Below are positions 54,101-64,000 of a DNA stretch of 64,000 nucleotides, in pieces. Position 1 is the stretch's first letter, and every line of letters starts with the position of its first letter. A program made the translations under genes and the position numbers. The DNA is from Azolla caroliniana (lineage: Eukaryota > Plantae > Polypodiophyta): contig JBHGNT010000018.1 of NCBI GenBank assembly GCA_043228905.1, positions 682,001 to 746,000 on the forward strand. The letters run 5' to 3'. A model generated the notes under the pieces. That model was given only the letters and a program-made list of their open reading frames with translations. It was not told the origin of the DNA and did no database searches.

Positions 54101-57100
54101 AACCATAGTGTCGAATAGTTGTCATGTGTGTGAGAGCTAACAATTGAATGAACAAATCATTCTCGGCATTTACCAACTCATTTACAATATGTATATGGAA
54201 AACATAAATAAATAAAAAATACCCTCTTATTTAGGATAATATCAAAACTGCCCATGTTAATAGTGAGAATATAAATTATCTTCTTGATACAAGAGAGAGG
54301 GTGGTGGGTAAAGCATGTGAAGCCCAAAGAGAGGGAGAGAATTTGATTAATTGCAGTGGGTTATCATTAAACTAGATACCCTTTTTACCGAGGTAAATTT
54401 CAATATATTTATCAAGCGTGGTTTCGATATTCACCCTTAATATGGGGGTGTTTTTTTTGTTTTTGCATGCTACTTATATTAACATTATATATGTCCCAAC
54501 CTCATGTGAACCAAGAAATAGTCACATGTACATCAGAAATTTTGTAATGTAATCCTAAACACCTCACATACATAGCAAAGGAATTATGCCCATGTGTCGA
54601 TACTGATCACAATACCATGTTGATAATCACCTTAAAAGAAAATGGACATGGATTGGGGGGGGCATTATCATCAATAATTGTTATGTGGAATTTCTAACAT
54701 CATCCACTTACAAACAAGCAAGAATATGGCAATCACCATGCAAGTAAGAACACATGTTCATATGCATATGGGCAATTGGTGGTAACATGGTGAAATTTAG
54801 ATTAGGAGTATGGTAATGTATGGTGACTATAGCCATATCACGAGAACGGTAAATATGCCCGCCCACCAATAACAAGTGGTGGCTTCTTGTAAGGTTGCCC
54901 TTTACATTATTTCTTGCATGTCTTCAAGTTGTATAGCTTTCAATTATGCGCATTCCAATCGGCACACACACCTTTACGCATAAAATAGAAATTCGGTTCT
55001 TGCCATATTTTAAGGTACCCAACCTTCTCCGGACATGTTGGTTAAATCTTTTTCATTCTTTATTCAGAAGAACGTAAACCAATGTTTCCTCATATGTATA
55101 TTCCAACCTTATTGAGATGTATCATGTGATTATGATATAGAAATTTAGGAGCTTCAATCAATGCTGAGTATGTGACATTTTCCTAGAAGCTCGAGTGCCT
55201 TTTTTTCCTTTGAGGCAAAGCCTTGCTTATCTTTTTGTCTTTGCATGCACATACACAGAACATTTTATAAGCATAAATCCATGTCTACGGATCGTGTTTG
55301 TACACCAAACATGTGCAACTTTGTAGCATGTGTCCAATCAAATGCGTAGATGAGCCCTAATATTTTTCGAGTACTCATTGTTGTGATACATAACACACTG
55401 AAGACACATTTAATTTTTACGCAATTTACTTTGACATGTCCAAAATGACCATTAATTTGATCAACAAATGGATTCGAATAAGCGATCCTTCTCTCACCAA
55501 GTTGCATGTGTCTATTTATGTGCATGCGTGCATGTTTCTGTCTCTCCATTCATAAAATACTTCAACATTGGAAAATGCAAGTTTGTAATCACCATTCTAG
55601 TTTATATCGTCTTAATCAAGTATTTATATTCTAGGTCTCTCCCAAATAACACTTCTACCTTTTCACCTATTAATTTATAAACAAAGCCTTAGATATTATT
55701 TTTCCAACATGCAAACATGTGGCATTCTAGATTGGGTCTTTGTTCCACGTGTAAATCATAAAGGCAATGTTTCCACTTTATCCTTTAACATTTGTTAAAT
55801 TTGCCTTATACATTACAAATGTAGCTGAAATATAGCAATGTGAGTATCAAATTGCAACTTGCTATTCTCGAAAAACTTGTCGATATTCCGAAACAAGATC
55901 TACAATGTAAGAGTTTGGCTCAAATTTGTGAGATCCGCGTTCATTTTTCACACATGTGATTGAAACCAAACACACGTACTTTGTTCTTACAGTGACTACT
56001 TAAATACCAAACTAATTCAATCTATTAACTAATCGAGTTAATGGTTAACTCATTTACTTAATTGCGATTCGAAGGAAATAATCATGCATTGCGAAAAATG
56101 AACCGTGATTTGGCCAATCTTAAAATTTGACTTTTCTCCTATTAAAATCCTGTTAGTTGTAGACTATGGTGGTATATTGATAAATTTTCGCTTTTGGGAA
56201 TTAGAGAGTATGCTTCCATTAGTTTCACCGGAATAACCCAACTTAATTTTAGATGTAGCTCGCCCAATGATTATGACCTTGGAATAACAAATTATTAGTG
56301 TAGAAAAACCATTTTAGTATGCAAGAATCTCAACAAGTTAATCATCTTGACATTTGTCTTCTCTTAAGTTTCTATTCTTCCGCGATGATGAGGACTTTTC
56401 TTGTCCAAAGCAACAATAAACCATTGCTAGTGTTTGCATCAAATGTTTATCACAATGTATCAAGTTCAATGAATTTTTGATAGGTATAAAAACTAGGGAA
56501 AATGTCACTTTCCAACATGCTTGTGTTACTCTATAATTGATACATGTCACCTAACTTGCTAATTACACTAAGACGAGCATCATCTAAGCACAACTTTATA
56601 ATTGTGGGCAAGAGTATAAGGTGAGGACTTTATTTACATTTATTAAGATTAGGTATGTTTTTTCTTGATGATATTACCACTTGCTGTAAACACACTCATA
56701 CTCTTGTAATATTTTGCATCATGCGTAGGTAACAGAACCATGACACCATAGTTGCCCATTCATTCTCTTCTTTTAAGATGGAAACCTAACATGGAAAGAA
56801 TACACACGGAAAACATTAATTAGAAAATACTTGTGTCCTATTTTTGAGATGCGACAAGGAATGACGTCATGTTTAGTATCTTATGCTTAGCCTCATCCAC
56901 TCTCTAACAATCCAATCTATTGTTTTTTGTTGGGGAGGGGAGAGATTTTTTCGTGAGCTTTTGCAGGGAAGCTTTTCCTTGGTTCCTGACTTTTTTTTTG
57001 TAAGAATGGTACACTTTGAGGAGATGGTTCGCAAAACACAACCTATACCCTCAAAAAATGTACTTGCATTTACAAACATGCTCGCTAAAAAAACTTGTTA

Positions 57101-60100
57101 ACTCTCTCTCATGAAAGCTTGACAAAAGAACCATGTTTCTTTTGAGAGCCTAGTTCAAAAAGTTATCTACGAAACCTATATTCTAGAAAGCAAAAAAAAA
57201 GGCATGCTTATTTTATTTAAGATAACTGCATGCTTTTACAAAAAATATAAAGTTTGTTCATCGAAACTAACCGGATATTGTATTGTGATGTCTTGCGTTT
57301 GAGAGAGAGAAACACATCCACCTAATTCAATGTTTGTGTACGCACACAAGTTATATGTCACAATTTCGTGTCATTCAAGCAAGTGTGTTGGTTGCATTTA
57401 TCATACGGCTTTAATTAAATCTTATCACAATTACGACAAATTTAATTGTAGTTTGCCCTACGTTTGAAGAAACTAAAGATAGTATTGTACCATATTTTAG
57501 TGAGCGCGTGTATATGTTAACTAATCTAATTGCAATCAATCATCCAGAAGAATTTGAATGGGGGATTGTATCACGATTAAGTAAATCTATGCATGTACGC
57601 ATAAATGTATTAATTTCTTGTGTTTAACTATTCATTGCTATATACTCACAAAGTGTAGTTATTCAATTGCACTCAGTCAAGGCATAACTGCCTAAAATCT
57701 AGTTGATGTTCTTGAATTCAATTGTCATATTGATTGTCTCAAATGAATATCCAAATGTTTCATGCACATGGATGATTCATGCTCCCTACGATGGAAACAA
57801 ATATCGGGAATTCTGCAAGTTGCATTCCTATGCCATTTGATGAATATGATGTTGTTGTTATGCTTCAATCAAGTATACATCCTTTGTACTTCGGTTATAC
57901 ATTAAAGTTTGGGTTACAATTAATCAAAATGCTTTCCATACATGGCCATCTCCGTAACCCACATTTTTGTTGAATCAGATGTTATCATCTCCTCTTAGAT
58001 TTGAACAATAATAAATGTCGAATATAAGGAGATCATTCGTAATAAGAAAGCATAATTTTTAATTTTTTTTTTATTCCAAAAAAAACACTACTTTGCATTA
58101 GTTAGCAAACAATTACATCATAGACCACCAAAAATTCAGCAACCCTCAATCTGGCCTTCTCACCAAAGTGGACGTAGTCCCCACCTCATTTTCAAGAAAA
58201 GTATCCAAACAACTCCTACAACCTAGTAATTTGTACCATATCTACACATAGTTACATTGACTAAAGATAGTTAGTGAGAGCAAGAAGTGTTACTTGAGGG
58301 TATCATTTTAAGAATGTGCATTTTCTATATGAGATTGAGATAAAATCCCCATTTACATGTAACAACCTCTGATGATGTAGTGATTTGTGAATAAAATGTT
58401 GCATTTAGATCATTGAACAAAGCTTAGACCGATTTATGACAAGGTCACACTCAGAACTACTAGATAAACGAGACAATACATGCTAAAGCACACCACGAAA
58501 ACATTACTTTTAATGTCTATCAAACATTTTAATTTCAATATAAGGATGTAGAAATATCGTCCTTCTAAAATGCATGGTGGTGTTTTCTTTGTAAAAAGTA
58601 ATCATATCTTGATATTGAGTTCCTTTTTCACAAGTTGACGGTTGAAAATAACAGTGTTGTGTAATAAATGGTGATGCTAGCAATTGTAGGCAACACTAGT
58701 GCAACAAAACCCAATGCAGAAGACAAACACAAACATGGCTTTATTCGTCAAACTCATTGATATTATTGTCATATGACTATATCGCTTTGCCCCCCTTATC
58801 TTATCGATTTTGTAAAAGGCTTAATATCACTAGATAAGTAGGCATAAACCACTTCGAACTTTCGGTGGAATATAAAATCCTCCAAATTTGTAGCTTAATG
58901 GCGTTTCGTTGCCAATGCCAATCTCTTTATTCGCCATATATAATCAAGTAACAAGAACCCAGAAAGAACATTGATGATACATGCAACCATACTAAAACAA
59001 ATAATCGAAATTGTAGTCATGCCTTTTTTTTATGATTGCTCATGTATCCTATCAACTAAATAATGTTTTTTTACGAGCAATTGTTAAACGGCATGAAACC
59101 ACTTTGGACCTTGGACAAATACTTAAAATAATTCCGAAATCCTTTATTTAAGTGGGGCACATTGACGTTGTTATTGTGTGATTCGTTTTCTTTAATAAAA
59201 TCATCTCATGGCATGGGACACTTGAACATTATTTTTGCACCGACTCGTTTTCTTGTTAAGTAGATTGCGTGTGGTGTTGTTTTCGGGAAAATAGTCTAGT
59301 TATAGGGCCTTGATGTGCTTATTTTTATTCAAGACAAAGGGAAGTCCCACATCCTTAATGTTTCCCATGAATCATGATTGCCAATCGGCATGTGCAAAGA
59401 GCGACATATTTTATGAAAACTGATTCGGCTTGTCAACTGGGTTCTTTAGAAATTTTCATGTGGGTAAGTATAACGTATTTTACTAGGATAACTTTCCATA
59501 CATTTATTTCTAAAATATTGTCCTCATACTTGTAACATGTGAACCATGTCATTGCTTTGGCAATTTAGGACCCCCCAACATATATACTTAATGGATTTTC
59601 ATGACGATTCCTTTTCGCTTTCTCGGTGGTTTTACTAAATACTTCAATTATGATGTTCATTTCCATTTGTTTAAAATTTATTCTTATGTGTACATACTTT
59701 AGGGCCATCTCTCATGTTAGAGTTTTCATATTTCTATTTGTTGATTGTTTGTTGGTTATATTTGGAAGCTTACATCATTGTAAATAGAAGAAGCCTTATG
59801 TGCAATATGTTTGGCAACTTTTTGGAACGTCTATTTGTTGATAGATGATGTAAATGAGATTTGGCACCATGTTGTTTGATCAAATGTAGCCACACAAATA
59901 ATGGTTATCAGTAAACCGATATGATTAGCTTTCATTGATTCAATATAATTAGAGTTGCTTAATAAGGACATATGTGAATGATGTTATACAAATTGAAAGC
60001 TGATTACACAAATTGATGGAAGCTACTCATATTTGATTGATCAATAAACCTTTATTTTCGAAGTAAAGTATGGCATGTGGTACCAACAAGCTTCGTATAT

Positions 60101-61637
60101 GTAATGTTTCAAATATGACCTGTCTTGGATATCTACGAGATGATGCTCATATCTAAATGCATTCACTGTATATATTAGGGTATGATGCATAAACTTGATC
60201 TAACAACATTTGTAGAGTGCTCAAAATTTGTATGTGAGCTTGTATTTTACCATGAACATGTTATTCTCGATACCTCAAATCTATTTTATTTTGGACAAGT
60301 GTCCTCATCATTCACACATTGCCATCCTTATAAAAAAAACAACATGTCTCATAACTATAACTATAACAATGATGATGCTTCCATTTGCCATATATGCATA
60401 AATGTAAATATTTGTCCCACTTGAAACAAACTTCGTTCCATCTTCCAACAATTCAACCCATGCTCCAACCATGATGTTATAATTCTATGGGAAACGTGAA
60501 TATCTTGTTCTTAGTACACATCTCCTCATATGCCCACTAATAGTATTGAGCTTAGACCTCATTTTACTACCCATATACTGAAGACACATGTGCATTGCCC
60601 TACATTAGTGTTGACATACTTTATTTAGATTTTACAACAAATATTTACTACATTCCTTGAGAAGAATTTGCAAGACAATGACTAATACAAACATTTTTTA
60701 TGTTCATTACAATTGCCATGTTTCATGAACCATATAAAGGAAATCTTGTTCTTTTGTCTATTCTAAATTCACCAAATGTTTTCAATGTATCTACCTTTAG
60801 TAGTAAATCACATCATATCTTTACTTGTTACCCAATTTCCTATATACGAGTACTAAATCTATAGGGTCATGTTCGAAGTGATGTGAAAGTGTATTAGCAT
60901 TATGAAAGTTAAGTTTGTGAACATTGATGGAAAAGAAAACAAAAAAGGTTCAAGTACAAGTTTGATGTAATGGAATGTGATAACAACCAGGTAAGTAAGA
61001 ATCAAGCTATGATTCATCTTTTCTTGATTACTTCTTTTTTATGGAGTATGTTTTTTCAGATCAATAATACATATTGGTCTAGAATTCAAATCAAGGCACC
61101 TTCATTAGGATTCGAATTTGTTATAACTTGGTATGCCATCATTCATTACATGTGTCTTTAGCTTTCCTCATGTATGATTTACATGACGATTCTACTTTTC
61201 TTTTGGCATTGGTCCTTATATGGAGTGGCAATAAGTGCCGAAAGTTTAAAGCCCATAACTTTGTAAAAAAGTAAAGCATAATGATATTCGTGTGCAACAA
61301 TACTTATCTTGGATTTCCATATGGTAGCTCTTGAGAGGGATGTTGCGTATATGCATATATAAAGGAAACCCAAAAACATAGTATTACACACGTACATATT
61401 TATCCTCCATAATTTCATGTGTAAAACGTACATTATCATTCACATTAAAAGGAATGCGTGTGTGCATCTTTTTGTCTAAATGATATTGATGTTTGTCTAC
61501 TTATTTCTAAAAGTTGTGGACAAATTTGGTTGGTGAAAACATTTAAAAACTCACACTATATGATCATTTGTATATCTTTCACATTAAACACTCTTTGTTC
61601 ATTCCGTACTTCAAAAGTTCTCATAGATATATATGTA

Positions 61638-62183
61638 TAGCAATGGGCCCGGTTTCGGCTCAAACTGAACCGAACCATTAAGCCATGGTTTACAGATTTA
61701 TAAGTTCCAAAATAATTAAATGGTTTGGTTTGGTTTTAATTATTAATAAACGGTTCGGTTTGGTTCTGAAACTCGGGTTTATCGGTTTATAGGTTCAAGT
61801 GGTTTGATTTAAAGGTTTTTGGGTTAACTTTTTTTATCCCTTAAATGTTTATGTAATTTAATGGTTTAATTAATATTTTTTATTGATTTAATTCACTTAA
61901 CTGAAATGTTTATTTAATTTAATGGCCTAATTAATGCTTATTTATTTATTTAATTTTTTAATTAGTTTGACTTAAATGTGATTACGTTTAAACTTTTTAT
62001 TAAATGCCCCAGTTTGGTTTCAACTTCCCTAAATGGTTTTGATTTAAATAGTTTGGTTTACCTTTTCTTAAATGGTTTGGTTTAATGGCTTGAAAGTTCA
62101 CAAACAGTTTGGTTTGGTTTTTGTTTTATATAAATGGCTTGGTTTCAAGGCAAAGAAACTGAACCGAACCAAGCCCATTGCTA
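61638..62183. mobile_element. hAT-like non-autonomous element (MITE)
   Basis: 11 bp TIRs TAGCAATGGGC / GCCCATTGCTA, subterminal AACCG/CGGTT and GGTTT repeats, AT-rich core. Candidate 8 bp TSD matches only 5/8. Confidence 0.75.
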
Positions 62184-62779
62184 GATACATATATGAGAAG
62201 CACTTCATAGAACAAAAATATTATTTACTTCACAAGGAAATTGTGTTAGATAAAGCTTAATTATTATTAAACTTAACTTTAAATACATTGTATGTTGTCT
62301 TCTCTCAACCTAACCAGTTGCAAGAGTAGTATTGCTAGATTTGTACAAGCTTCCATTCCATTATATATACTTTGAGAGCATTAATTTGGTTCACATATTC
62401 GAGCACTTCACATATTTTGTAACATGGTTTGAACTTTGAACTTCTTTAAGAAACATCAATATCCTTCTCCCTTTATCACAACCTTATCACTGATGGTGTT
62501 ATTTTTAAAAAATTTGAATGTTGCCTAATTCCTTCAATTAAATATACCCACAGATTACATACCAACCTTGTAGATTTATCAATGTAGTTGTCTCTTTAGC
62601 AATTATTACATCTCTATGGATAATGGCAGAGACATTTCACACAAACTAAACACGACTTACTAATGCACTTGGTAGCATAAATTTTGGTAATAGCTCAAAG
62701 TTCCATACGATGTTAATTATGAACCTAACACCTAACATTGTAGTTTATGTGTAGACTTACCTTTTTAATGATCCTATGT

Positions 62780-64000
62780 ATATCACGAAAAAATGTTTGT
62801 GTGGAGTAGATGAAAGAATTATAATCAAATTATGAAACCATATTTTGCAAACTGATCCAAAGCTTAGTTTGCATGGTCTTCTTGTGTTGCACTCTCACCA
62901 ATGCCTCTTGGATATAGAAATTTGTAGATGACATCTCAGACTACATACAATGGGACGTGGAAAATCTAAAGAAGCTAGTAAGTGGACTATCCTTGTTTTG
63001 CAAGAGATCAAAATCCATGATCAATTGGCATAAATCCTGTGCAATATGGCTTTATGATGAATCACATCTTGCATGGAACCCACATCCCAGTCTCATGTGG
63101 ATCAATCAAGGAGCGAGCACCAAATATTTGGGTTTCTAAATCGGCTTCAACATTCCTTCAGAGACAATGATTACACCAATTATTCACTCCATTTGAAAAA
63201 AGTTGATACATTGGAGCTCGAAAAAACTCTCATGAGTAGGTCACATCATAGTGGCAAATCAAGTATTACACGCAATAGTGTGGTACAACCTATCATGCAG
63301 GACAATCTTGAAGGAAAGTATACATTAGATTCAACAACTAGTACACAACTACATTTGGTCCGATAAGAAAGATCATGCAACTCGGGCAAAGGTGGCGTGA
63401 CATGTGCTCACATTACCCAAGTTGATCTGAGGAGGGTTGGGTTGGGTTGATCCCCTCTCACAGTCCAAAGCATTACTCGCCAAATTTGTGGTGCGAGGAC
63501 TCCAACTAGGGGATGATTGTTGGAAAATGCTATTGTGAATTCACTTTGCTTCCTTTATGCCATGGAAAGGGGCCAGTTGGGCCCCTCAGATGGGATGCAT
63601 TCTAAACATGGATCTCAAACCAAGTTTCTCATGCGAATTGGAGGATAGATTCAGTGCATCCATGTGGAAGGCGTGGTGTGACATAAGATGACGACTCAAG
63701 TGTGATCGACCTAACTCCAAACCTGCTTGGCTCCATCAATGCATCATGTGGAACCCATGTATCAGAGATGAATTGGGCCAACTAATTGGATCAAGTAAGG
63801 GGCTATCATGGGGAAGCATTGCAAAAGGTCCAAGAAATAGTATAGAATGTTGGAGATGAATTATGTCATTGCCACTACAAGATCAAGACAACATACTCCA
63901 TGGAATCAAGGGTGAATGGACTATGATATTTGAAATTATGAACGCTCTGTTGCTTGGGGAAGCTCCTACTCAAAGGACAACAATGGAGAAATGGATAGGC
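62780..64000 (+). mobile_element. Degenerate L1-clade LINE ORF2 fragment
   Basis: FVDD, LFCKRSKSMINWHKSCAIW, TKYLGF, KKLIHWSSKKLS*VGHIIVANQVL, AKVA*HVLTLPK…GGLG..DP. Confidence 0.8.

Noticed and set aside
61179-61439. ORF containing IATPYKDQ, resembling an SF1 helicase motif
   Set aside because: Single short motif with no other helicase motifs nearby.
51400-61600. Many short ORFs in the AT-rich region
   Set aside because: No recognisable domains or consistent exon structure; probably decayed TE or intergenic DNA that I cannot classify.

Overview
Eukaryotic land-plant nuclear DNA; the non-seed-plant (fern-like) origin is only an inference from the TE types and gene density. Positions 1-6.75 kb are a three-deep nest of Ty1/copia LTR retrotransposons. 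A gene-dense block at 11-50 kb holds an intronless 8-unit polyubiquitin gene, a plastid-type DUF3531 gene, an SMN (survival motor neuron) homologue, an ATL RING-H2 E3 ligase, DSS1/SEM1, FPG/MutM DNA glycosylase and a QWRF/AUG8-family gene. These are interspersed with a degenerate LINE, a tRNA-derived SINE, a poly(A) retro-insertion with a TSD, a MULE-like remnant and short repeats. Positions 51-64 kb are AT-rich intergenic DNA with a hAT-like MITE and an L1 remnant. Best leads: (i) one ~200-250 bp repeat family found three times, each copy pointing toward a gene and ending 120-218 bp before its ATG; (ii) a degenerate SMN YG-box with the equivalent of human G275S, plus an intron-encoded look-alike C-terminus; (iii) a pre-miRNA-like hairpin in an FPG intron; (iv) a possibly twin-primed tRNA-SINE sharing its tail with the local LINE; (v) a ~300 bp local duplication inserted in the LINE. 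Exon boundaries were inferred by hand from GT-AG sites and frame continuity.
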